The notes under the pieces are model-generated. The model was not told the DNA's origin. It saw only the letters and a list, made by a program, of their open reading frames with translations, and searched no databases. Positions 47,555-55,891 of a DNA stretch of 64,000 bases are shown piece after piece; positions within the stretch are counted from its first letter, which is position 1; each line of letters starts with the position of its first letter. Source of the stretch: Chromatiales bacterium (GTDB taxonomy: Bacteria; Pseudomonadota; Gammaproteobacteria; Steroidobacterales; Woeseiaceae); assembly GCA_004282875.1 (NCBI GenBank), contig SHLT01000003.1, positions 12,917 to 76,916 on the forward strand, in the 5' to 3' direction. Position numbers and translations under genes: made by a program.

Positions 47555-49114
47555 ATGGCGTGGTTTTCTCCGAAGCCTTTGCTCATCCCGGACATCCTGG
47601 CGCAGAACCAGGCATACCTGGGCAGCAAGCCCGCCGTCATCATCGACGATGACGAGGTTTCCTGGGCCGAGTTCGGCGCCGGCACAGCACGTTTTGCGAA
47701 TGCGCTGCTGGGCACGGGACTGAATCACGGTGACCGTGTCGTCGTGCTCATGAAGAACAGCTACGAAATGGTCGAGGCCATGTTCGGCGTTATTCGCGCG
47801 GGCCTCGTTGCCGTGCCGCTGAACGTTTCGATTGCCGACGACGCGATCACGGGCATGATTCGCAATGCCGAGGCAAAGGCCGTGCTGGCGTCGGGCGAAC
47901 ACGTCCATCGCGTCGAGCAACTGCGGTCGCACGTCGAAGAGCAGGTTGGCGAACGCTTCATCGCTCCCGACGCCGACATTGATGGCTGGCTGAACTACGC
48001 CGCGCTACGCGATGCTGCCGACGACTCGCTGGCCGATATCATCATCGGGCCCCAGGACGAGTGCAACATCATCTACAGCTCGGGAACGACCGGATTGCCC
48101 AAGGGCATCGTGCATGACCACGCCGGTCGCGAAGCCTGGGGCAGCGACATGGCCGTCGCACTGCGCTACCACGCCGGGGCGAGGACCTTGTGCAATCTCG
48201 GGTTGTTTTCCAACATCGTCTGGGTTGGCATTCTCGCGACGTTTTTTGCGGGCGGCACGCTGGTGGTCTCGCGCCGCTTTGCCGTCGACGATTGCCTGGC
48301 AACGATCGAGAAGCATCGCGTCACGCATTCGACGATGGTGCCGCTGCAGTTCCAGAAACTGCTCGAGCACCCGGACTTTGATCGCTACGATCTCTCTAGC
48401 CTCGATGCCTGCATGTGCTGCGGCTCACCCCTGGCTGCGAGCGTCAAGCGGGAACTTGCCGAGCGCTGGCCGGGGCAGTTTATCGAGCTGTACGGTCTGA
48501 CCGAAGGACTCGTTACGATTCTCTCGCCCGAAGACCTCCTCCGCAAAACCGACTCCGTCGGCAACCCGTGTCCTGGCCAGCACCTCGCGATCATCGGGAG
48601 TAACGATGAGCTCCTGCCGGTCGGCGAAGCCGGCGAGATCGTCGGCAGCTGCCGCTTCATGATGGCCGGCTATCACAACAACGATGCGGCCAATGAAGAG
48701 GCTACCTGGATGCATCCGTCCGGCGAGCGCTGGCTGCGCACCGGCGATATCGGCAAGCTGGACGAAGACGGTTTCCTTTATCTCGTCGATCGCAAGAAGG
48801 ACATGATCATCTCGGGGGGGCAGAACATCTATCCGGCCGATATCGAAGCTGCGATGATCGACCATGACGCCGTCAGCGAAGTGGCCGTCATCGGCGTGCC
48901 CCACGAGAAGTGGGGGGAAACGCCGCTCGCCGTGGTCGTGCTGGTGGACGGCGCGTCAGTCGAAGCGGAGGAACTGACGGGCTGGGTGAACAGCCGCGTG
49001 GGCAAACAGCAGCGCGTGGTCGGCACCGTCTTTGTCGACGAGCTGCCGCGCAACCCGAACGGCAAGGTCCTCAAGCGCGAACTGCGCACGACCTACATGG
49101 AGGCAGCGCAATGA
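47555..49114 (+). CDS. AMP-dependent acyl-CoA synthetase/ligase (class I adenylate-forming)
   Basis: IIYSSGTTGLPKGIVH AMP-binding motif, YGLTE, GDIGKLDEDGFLYLVDRKKDMI, final PRNPNGKVLKREL. Confidence 0.9.
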   Translation: MAWFSPKPLLIPDILAQNQAYLGSKPAVIIDDDEVSWAEFGAGTARFANALLGTGLNHGDRVVVLMKNSYEMVEAMFGVIRAGLVAVPLNVSIADDAITGMIRNAEAKAVLASGEHVHRVEQLRSHVEEQVGERFIAPDADIDGWLNYAALRDAADDSLADIIIGPQDECNIIYSSGTTGLPKGIVHDHAGREAWGSDMAVALRYHAGARTLCNLGLFSNIVWVGILATFFAGGTLVVSRRFAVDDCLATIEKHRVTHSTMVPLQFQKLLEHPDFDRYDLSSLDACMCCGSPLAASVKRELAERWPGQFIELYGLTEGLVTILSPEDLLRKTDSVGNPCPGQHLAIIGSNDELLPVGEAGEIVGSCRFMMAGYHNNDAANEEATWMHPSGERWLRTGDIGKLDEDGFLYLVDRKKDMIISGGQNIYPADIEAAMIDHDAVSEVAVIGVPHEKWGETPLAVVVLVDGASVEAEELTGWVNSRVGKQQRVVGTVFVDELPRNPNGKVLKRELRTTYMEAAQ

Positions 49115-49968
49115 ACATGGCCGGCAATGCGAGCTTTTTCGAAAGCCAGGATGGCCTGAAGCTTTACTACCGTGATTTCGGCGCCGACAATGCGGGTACG
49201 CCTGTCATCTGCCTGCCCGGTCTGACCCGCAACAGCCGCGACTTCGAGGACCTCGCAAACCACCTGTCCGATCGCCGCCGCGTAATCACCTGCGATTTTC
49301 GCGGCCGCGGCTATTCCGAGTACGATGAAAAGTGGGAAAACTATCACCCGTTAACCTACGTGCAGGATACGTGGACCCTGCTCGATCACCTGGGCATCGA
49401 AAAAATCATCGTCGTGGGGACGTCGCTGGGCGGACTGTGTGCGACGGTCATGGCGAAGACGCAGGGCGAGCGCGTGGCGGGCGTCGTCATGAACGACATC
49501 GGTCCCGAGATCAACCCGGCCGGCATCGAGCGCATCCAGGCGTACACGGGGCGCGTTGAACCTGTCGGCAGCTGGGAAGAGGCCATTGCGCAGAGCCAGG
49601 AAATCTACGGCCACTGGCTTCCCGGTCTGAGTGATGAGCAATGGGCAGCGCTGGCGCGGCGCGGTTACCGCGAGAACGAGAACGGCGTTCCGCGCCTCGA
49701 TATGGATGCCAACATCGGCGAGGCCGTCCGCAAGATCGGGGCACAGAAGGGCGATCCCTGGGCGCTGTTTGATTCGCTCACGGACAAGCCCGTTACCTTA
49801 TTGTGGGGCGTCATGTCCGACATCCTGACGAAGGACATCATCGATAAAATGACCGCGAGAAAACCGGACCTGAACGTCGTTGCCGTTCCCAATCGCGGGC
49901 ATGTGCCGTTGCTTGACGAACCGGAGTGCATTGCGGCTATCGATGCGTTCCTGGAGGAGGTCGCATGA
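49111..49968 (+). CDS. alpha/beta-fold hydrolase
   Basis: ATG overlaps the ligase stop (ATGA). HG-type oxyanion region (VICLPGLTRNSRDF), nucleophile elbow VVGTSLGG, C-terminal PNRGHVPLLDEP. Confidence 0.8.
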   Translation: MNMAGNASFFESQDGLKLYYRDFGADNAGTPVICLPGLTRNSRDFEDLANHLSDRRRVITCDFRGRGYSEYDEKWENYHPLTYVQDTWTLLDHLGIEKIIVVGTSLGGLCATVMAKTQGERVAGVVMNDIGPEINPAGIERIQAYTGRVEPVGSWEEAIAQSQEIYGHWLPGLSDEQWAALARRGYRENENGVPRLDMDANIGEAVRKIGAQKGDPWALFDSLTDKPVTLLWGVMSDILTKDIIDKMTARKPDLNVVAVPNRGHVPLLDEPECIAAIDAFLEEVA

Positions 49969-50951
49969 AGTACACACACTTGCTTCTATTGACGGTACTG
50001 CTGGCGGCCTGTGGCGACAAGACGTCGCCACCTGTGGATACACGGTCCTACAATGTCGACGCCAGCCGCATCACCGTGTCGGGCGTCTCGTCGGGCGCGA
50101 TGATGGCGACACAGATGCATGTCGCGCACTCGGCCCTGGTCCAGGGTGCAGGGCTGGTCTCGGGTGGCCCGTACTACTGTGCCGAAGGCGGCATGACCAA
50201 GGGTCTCGGCCCCTGTATGAAGGGTGGCGAGGTCGGACTGCAAGGACTTATCGAATACACCTGGCATGCATCCGAAGCACGCGAGATCGACGACGTTTCG
50301 AACCTGGTCGGCGATCCCGTGTGGCTGTTCCTCGGCGCCAACGACGTGGTCATGCATCGCGACGTGACGAACGCCGCCGCTATGTTCTACCTGGAGATGA
50401 CGGGCGCGGCACCGATCGTCATCCTCGACGTACCGGCCACGCACGGTTTTCCGACCGTTGACACGGGCGGAGCCTGCGACGAGATGACGACACCGTTCCT
50501 GAACGCCTGCGGGTACGACGCGGCCGGCGAATTGTTGACCGCGCTTTACGGCGAGCTGCAGCCGGCGGGTGTTGCATCATCACCGCTCGTCGAGATCCCG
50601 CAACCCGGTGCGGACGACGTCACGATGCTGCCGAACGCGTTGGCCTACATCCCACAGGCATGCGCAAACGGCGCTTCCTGCGGTCTGCACGTGGCGTTCC
50701 ATGGCTGCCAGCAATCCACGGCGTTCGTGGGCGACGGGTTCGCAGCCGGTGCCGGCTACAACGAGTGGGCCGAGACGAACGACCTCATCGTCCTCTACCC
50801 GCAGGTGGACAGCAGCAAGATCGCACCGATGAACCCGATGGGCTGCTGGGACTGGTGGGGCTACACCGACGAAAACTATGCGACCAGGAGCGGCGCGCAG
50901 ATTAACGTCGTAAAGGCAATGCTCGACGCGCTGGCGGGTAAGACTCTTTGA
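49965..50951 (+). CDS. lipoprotein esterase, PHB-depolymerase/feruloyl-esterase (CE1-like) family
   Basis: ATGA overlap with the upstream stop. Lipobox LLAAC. Nucleophile motif VSGVSSGAMMA. Multiple Cys pairs, as in extracellular depolymerase-type esterases. Confidence 0.7.
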   Translation: MKYTHLLLLTVLLAACGDKTSPPVDTRSYNVDASRITVSGVSSGAMMATQMHVAHSALVQGAGLVSGGPYYCAEGGMTKGLGPCMKGGEVGLQGLIEYTWHASEAREIDDVSNLVGDPVWLFLGANDVVMHRDVTNAAAMFYLEMTGAAPIVILDVPATHGFPTVDTGGACDEMTTPFLNACGYDAAGELLTALYGELQPAGVASSPLVEIPQPGADDVTMLPNALAYIPQACANGASCGLHVAFHGCQQSTAFVGDGFAAGAGYNEWAETNDLIVLYPQVDSSKIAPMNPMGCWDWWGYTDENYATRSGAQINVVKAMLDALAGKTL

Positions 50952-52432
50952 GTTTCGCCTGGGCGCTGTTCATCGTCTACCTGGCCGGGACCGCCTGGCT
51001 GGGTTTTCGCGGCATGCGCAAGACCTCGGGCTTCAGCAGCTTTGCCCTTGGCGATCGCGCGATGAACCCCGTGATTGTCGGCATCACGCTGGCGGCCAGC
51101 GTCTCCTCGGCCTCGACCTTCATCATTAACCCGGGCTTCGTCTACGTCGACGGCTTCGGCGCGTTCTTTCACATGTCGATCGGCGTCGCCATCGGCTTCC
51201 TGGCGATGCTGACGGTATTGTCGTTCCAGTTCCGCCGCATTGGTGCCGAGTCCAGCGCGCTGACGATTCCCGACTGGATCGGCAAGCGTTACGAATCGCC
51301 CGGGTTCGCATTATATTTCTCGGTACTCAACCTCCTGTCGTTTGCGTTCGTGGTGTTACTCGTTGGCGGCATCTCGATCGTCATGCAGTCGCTGCTCGGG
51401 ATATCCAATGTCGTTGCGCTGACGATCACGCTGGTTTTCGTCACGGGCTACGTGTTCATCGGCGGCACCTACGCGCACGTGCTGACGAACATGCTGCAGG
51501 GCAGCCTGATGGTGGGCGTCACGATCCTCGTGCTCGGGTCCTGCATTCTGCTTGCCATGCAACAGCCGGGCTCGATTGCCGATGCCTTGCGGCAGGTCGA
51601 TCCGAGCCTGGTGGCGGCCGTCAACACCGATGGCCAGCTGTTTAACAGCGTGTTCTCAATTTATGTCGCCGGCTTCATCGTCGGCGCGATTGTCGTGTGC
51701 CAGCCGCACATCCTGACCAAGGCGCTGTACGTTAAGGACGACCGCTCCGTGAAGCAGTACCTGCTCGTGTTCACGGTGATCTTCCTGCTGTTCCAGATGC
51801 TCGGCGCCGTCGGCTTCTTCACGCACCTGGCCGTGCCGCCCGAAGCGCTTGTCGACAGCGCAACTGGGCAGTTCCGGCAGGACCTGGTTATGACGCAGTA
51901 TCTCGCGATGATGTTCCCGCCCTGGGTATTCACGATCGTCGGCATCGTGCTGCTGGCTGCCGCCATGTCCACGCTCGATGGCCTGCTCGTGTCGATGTCG
52001 ACCATCACCGCCAACGATCTCGTGCTTAACCTCGCCGAGCGCAAGGAGCATCACTCGGAAGAGGAGCAAATGGCTTTCGCGTTGAAAGTCAGCCACGTCG
52101 TGCTGGTCGTCATTGCGATCGCGGCATTCCTGATCAACCTGCAGCCACCCAAGCTGCTTGGCATCTTCGGGCAGACCGGCGTCTACGGGCTGACGGCCGC
52201 TGCGGCACCGCCGCTGCTGCTGGGTGTGCTGTTCCGGCGCGTACCCATCGCGCTGGTCTGGAGTGGCTCGGCCGCGGCGCTCGTCATACACTTCGTACTC
52301 TTCTTTAAGGGTGCAGATATGTTTCCGACGTCGTCATTCACGTTCGCCAACCCGGGCGTAACGGTATCGCTCGCGACGCTCGCCGTGATGCCGGTGCTGC
52401 TGGTCGCGGGATTCCTGCTCAACAGGCGATGA
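50948..52432 (+). CDS. sodium:solute symporter (SSS) family transporter
   Basis: 494 aa, about 13 TM helices. The TTG start overlaps the upstream stop (TTGA). Confidence 0.8.
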   Translation: MSFAWALFIVYLAGTAWLGFRGMRKTSGFSSFALGDRAMNPVIVGITLAASVSSASTFIINPGFVYVDGFGAFFHMSIGVAIGFLAMLTVLSFQFRRIGAESSALTIPDWIGKRYESPGFALYFSVLNLLSFAFVVLLVGGISIVMQSLLGISNVVALTITLVFVTGYVFIGGTYAHVLTNMLQGSLMVGVTILVLGSCILLAMQQPGSIADALRQVDPSLVAAVNTDGQLFNSVFSIYVAGFIVGAIVVCQPHILTKALYVKDDRSVKQYLLVFTVIFLLFQMLGAVGFFTHLAVPPEALVDSATGQFRQDLVMTQYLAMMFPPWVFTIVGIVLLAAAMSTLDGLLVSMSTITANDLVLNLAERKEHHSEEEQMAFALKVSHVVLVVIAIAAFLINLQPPKLLGIFGQTGVYGLTAAAAPPLLLGVLFRRVPIALVWSGSAAALVIHFVLFFKGADMFPTSSFTFANPGVTVSLATLAVMPVLLVAGFLLNRR

Positions 52433-52950
52433 ACCGGTACGTCCTGCTGCTTCGCGGCATCAATGTCGGCGGGCATAACAAGCTGCCGATGAAAGACCTG
52501 CGCGAGATTCTCGAAGCGCTTGGCTGTGAGTCTGTGAAGACTTACATTCAGAGCGGTAACGTCGTGTTGTCTGCCAAGACCGCGCCGGACGAGTCGGCCA
52601 TTTCCGCCGACATCGAAAAGCAGTTCGGCTTCTCGCCGCGCGTACTCGCGATCCCAGGGGAGCACTTTGAAGCAGTAGCCGATGCGAATCCCTACAAGGA
52701 CGAAGACCTCGACGGTAAGTTTCTGCACGTCTTGTATCTTGCCGGCCCTGCCTCCGCCGACATGGACGGCCTCAATTCTCGTAAAGGCCCAGGTGAGGAG
52801 TTCACACTCACCGACGATGCGTTCTACTTGAAAGCGCCCGATGGCATTGGACGCTCGAAACTCGCGAACGATGTCGAGAAGCTACTGGGCGTGGAGGGCA
52901 CTGGCCGCAATCTGAATACAGTGCGCAAGCTTGTGGCAATGCTGGCTTAA
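52429..52950 (+). CDS. DUF1697-domain protein
   Basis: N-terminus MNRYVLLLRGINVGGHNKLPMKDLR is the hallmark DUF1697 opening. The ATG overlaps the symporter stop (ATGA). Confidence 0.75.
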   Translation: MNRYVLLLRGINVGGHNKLPMKDLREILEALGCESVKTYIQSGNVVLSAKTAPDESAISADIEKQFGFSPRVLAIPGEHFEAVADANPYKDEDLDGKFLHVLYLAGPASADMDGLNSRKGPGEEFTLTDDAFYLKAPDGIGRSKLANDVEKLLGVEGTGRNLNTVRKLVAMLA

Positions 52951-53169
52951 AATTACACGCGGCCGCTCGCGCATAGCGGTGGATGAGTTGGTCCAATCGG
53001 CCGAAAAGCCCCTTAAAAGGTTATACTGACCCATATGCCGCATTAGAGTGGGTTTCCGACACGTGCAGCGAAAAGTCGACGACACATTGTTCCAGCCAAT
53101 GCCACGACCCGTGATACGATTTTTTGTGTCGCGGAGGGGCATCCGCTGGAGTATGGGATTAGTGCATCA

Positions 53170-54231
53170 ATGAGCGAGCACATGGATGTTAAACGCCTCA
53201 GCGGATTCTCACCGTTTGACGCGCTGAAGACAGATAACCTCAGAAGCCTGGTACCGCACGTCAAAGTCCGGCAAGCCAGCCCGGGCGAGGCCCTCTTCAA
53301 GAAAGGCGACTCGGACAAACGCTCCATCTACCTTCTCTCCGGAACCATTGAGCTGGTTGGTGACGACGCCGACCAGCGCACTGTCACGGGCGGGGCAGAC
53401 GAGGCCAGTCGTCCCATTGCCCCCGAGTTGCCGCGCCGGCAGACAGCCACTGCGGTGGACAACGTTGAATATTTCAGCATAGACAGTGAGGTGCTGGATG
53501 TGACGTTGACGCTTGACCAGACCGGGGTCTACGAAGTCGGCGACTTCAGTTCTGGACCGGATGCTGGCGATGCGGGCGAGGCTGACTGGATGACCGCCCT
53601 CTTACACACGAAAGTTTTCGAGCAGGTCGCGCCGCAGTGTCTCCAAATGATATTCATGCGGCTGCAGAGAGTTGACTTCAAAGCCAGGGACGTGGTGATT
53701 CAGCAAGGTGCCAAGGGTGACTTTTTCTATGTCATCAGAAGTGGCAGTTGCATGGTCGTGCGTGAGACGCCGGCAGGCAAGGAGAATATCAATCTTGCTG
53801 AGCTGCGAGTAGGCGACACGTTTGGCGAAGAGGCGTTGCTTTCCGGGGCCGAGCGCAACGCCACGGTCGTTATGCAAACCGACGGTATCCTGATGCGGCT
53901 GGGGAAAGATGACTTCCAGACGCTGTTGCAGGAGCCGATGCTCGTATACCTGGAGCATGACGAGGCCGAGAGCGCCGCCGCCGACGGCGCGAAGTGGCTC
54001 GACGTTCGCGTTCCGAGTGAAACCAAGGCGGGTGGCAAAGAGGGTGCTATCAACCTTCCTCTTTACCTGCTTCGGCACAAGCTGAATGTTCTGGATAAGG
54101 AAACGCCCTATATCGTATTTTGCGATACGGGCCTGCGCAGCTCAGCCGCGGCCTTCATATTGAATCAGCATGGTTATCAAACCGCGGTGCTAAGCGGGGG
54201 GCTAAACAAGAGTTCGATCGGCTCAACGTGA
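53170..54231 (+). CDS. tandem cyclic-nucleotide-binding domain protein with C-terminal rhodanese domain
   Basis: Two CAP_ED-like modules; the second has GDFFYVIRSG..GDTFGEEALL..RNATV. The C-terminal rhodanese carries the active-site-loop Cys (IVFCDTGLRSS). Confidence 0.7.
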   Translation: MSEHMDVKRLSGFSPFDALKTDNLRSLVPHVKVRQASPGEALFKKGDSDKRSIYLLSGTIELVGDDADQRTVTGGADEASRPIAPELPRRQTATAVDNVEYFSIDSEVLDVTLTLDQTGVYEVGDFSSGPDAGDAGEADWMTALLHTKVFEQVAPQCLQMIFMRLQRVDFKARDVVIQQGAKGDFFYVIRSGSCMVVRETPAGKENINLAELRVGDTFGEEALLSGAERNATVVMQTDGILMRLGKDDFQTLLQEPMLVYLEHDEAESAAADGAKWLDVRVPSETKAGGKEGAINLPLYLLRHKLNVLDKETPYIVFCDTGLRSSAAAFILNQHGYQTAVLSGGLNKSSIGST

Positions 54232-54927
54232 TCTTCTTGCTGCGGAACTCCCACTCTGCGCCGACAGTTCCCGAAACAGGACCGACAGCATCGCCACGCC
54301 GATCGTGATGCTGATGATCGACAAGAGGGAACGAGCCAGGGAATAGAGCATCGGGTTCGAGATCAGCGAGGCGGGCAACTCCACCACCGACAACAGCACC
54401 GGGAATACAGCCACGACCGCAAAGGTCGTCAACCGATACTCCTCGGTGTCGACGGATGAATGCGCCAACTTGTACTTTCGATCCACGGCGACCGCCGGGA
54501 AGATCAGGAAGTACTGCGAGGCGAAATACAACACACCGACGACAACGACAAACCGGAATGCGATTGCGATGATGCCTTCGGACGGCATGCCGATCGACTC
54601 AAACGCTTCGATGACAAACCAGATCACCAGTCCGATGACTATCGAGAACAACCATAGCCAACCCGTAAAGCGGGTTTCCCGCCAGCCCCAACGAAGTTTA
54701 AAGGTGTCTTCGAGCAGTACGATGCGATGAATGGCTATCGCGAGCCAGACGTACGCGACGACGGACAAGAGCACGTAGAGTAGTTTGCCGAATGTGGAGC
54801 TTGTGCCCCACGGCCCCAGGGTCTCAACGGCGACGAGTAGAACTGCCGGCAACAGGATGGCAACAAACACCGCCCTGTGCCGCTTACCCAATGCTTCCAA
54901 TGCAAGTCCAAGTATCCGTAGCGTCAC
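54223..54927 (-). CDS. hypothetical integral membrane protein
   Basis: 234 aa, about six TM helices. Visibly lower GC than the surroundings. No family recognised. Confidence 0.5.
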   Translation of the reverse strand: MTLRILGLALEALGKRHRAVFVAILLPAVLLVAVETLGPWGTSSTFGKLLYVLLSVVAYVWLAIAIHRIVLLEDTFKLRWGWRETRFTGWLWLFSIVIGLVIWFVIEAFESIGMPSEGIIAIAFRFVVVVGVLYFASQYFLIFPAVAVDRKYKLAHSSVDTEEYRLTTFAVVAVFPVLLSVVELPASLISNPMLYSLARSLLSIISITIGVAMLSVLFRELSAQSGSSAARRSR

Positions 54928-55005
54928 TTTTCTGCGACCTCCATCGCTGTATTAGCGGCGTGAGGTAGCAGTTTAACTCAGATTGAACGGCGTCATTCCG
55001 CACCG

Positions 55006-55674
55006 CTAATCGCAGTAAAAACCAGGCATCGTGTAGGGGTGAGGCCCGGGATTGGCCTTCACCGCCTCGAAATCAGAAATAATGCTGCGCCGCTGAATGA
55101 GGAAGACGCCACTGACCACGGGCTGTTGCTGCAGCTCGCGCAGCACCTTGTTCGGCCCGAAGATTCGCGCCGAGTACACGAGGAAAGGTTTGGTGGCGAG
55201 GTCGGCCAATGCCTGCGAATCATCGTCGGGTATGAGCCTGGCTCTCCGCGCGAAGCACCGCTGCTGGGACTTGACGACAAATTCCAGTCTCTCTTCAAAG
55301 GTGCCTTCTATGGCGAACAGGTCTGCCATTCCGCCGCCAATCGACATGACGACGCCCTGATCACCTTGCGGCGCCTTCATCTTCAGATCAATGACCTCAA
55401 ACCCGAAATCCTCCCGGAGTTCGTGCATTTCCCTGTAAGAGAGGCCCCTGTTAAAGAACACGGATGCCGGCCATACTTCATCCGGCGTGTCGGTTGCGAG
55501 ATCACGAAGTCTCTCCGCGTGCTCTTGGATGACCCTGTCTAGCTTGTCCGGATCGCCGTGCGCATACGGCGCGATGGCCTCGTCGGCCATTCTTGCGTCG
55601 CTCGCCGGTTCAGAGAAGCTCGCCAGAGGAAAGAGAACAACGAGAAATAGTGTGATCGCAGATACTTTGTTCAT
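55006..55674 (-). CDS. exported hypothetical protein
   Basis: Signal peptide MNKVSAITLFLVVLFPLASFS/EP. 222 aa. Lower GC. Confidence 0.5.
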   Translation of the reverse strand: MNKVSAITLFLVVLFPLASFSEPASDARMADEAIAPYAHGDPDKLDRVIQEHAERLRDLATDTPDEVWPASVFFNRGLSYREMHELREDFGFEVIDLKMKAPQGDQGVVMSIGGGMADLFAIEGTFEERLEFVVKSQQRCFARRARLIPDDDSQALADLATKPFLVYSARIFGPNKVLRELQQQPVVSGVFLIQRRSIISDFEAVKANPGPHPYTMPGFYCD

Positions 55675-55891
55675 CGCCAGGGATTCCCTTCAGCACAAGA
55701 TAGGTACTGCGAATTGAAGCATCGGATTGTGTCGCCCCGCTAGCAAGGGTGTGGCGAAAAATGATGTTACTCACGCGCAAGATTGCAGGGGCCCACGCAT
55801 TCGAAATGCCGGTGAGCACTGGTCGCGGGGGTATGATGTCTCGCAACCGATTGTAACGCGCATTCGAGCGCGTCCGTAACGGAGCACACGC

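Noticed and set aside
48910-50951. N-terminally extended ORF versions in the track (48910, 49926; likewise 41942, 59428, 58641-59687, 33019, 38427, 37838, 46825-47505)
   Set aside because: The extensions overlap the preceding gene or the regulatory palindromes and are Arg/Gly/Pro-rich. Internal starts instead give canonical signal peptides or lipoboxes, family N-termini, or ATGA/TTGA coupling with the upstream stop.
52951-53169. 220-nt non-coding gap as a possible sRNA or riboswitch
   Set aside because: I could not find a conserved riboswitch core (c-di-GMP, SAM, TPP, glycine and others) or a stable stem plus T-run. The only ORFs here (52882-53142, 53043-53327) are short, antisense-like and motif-free. 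It is probably just the promoter/leader of the cNMP-rhodanese gene.
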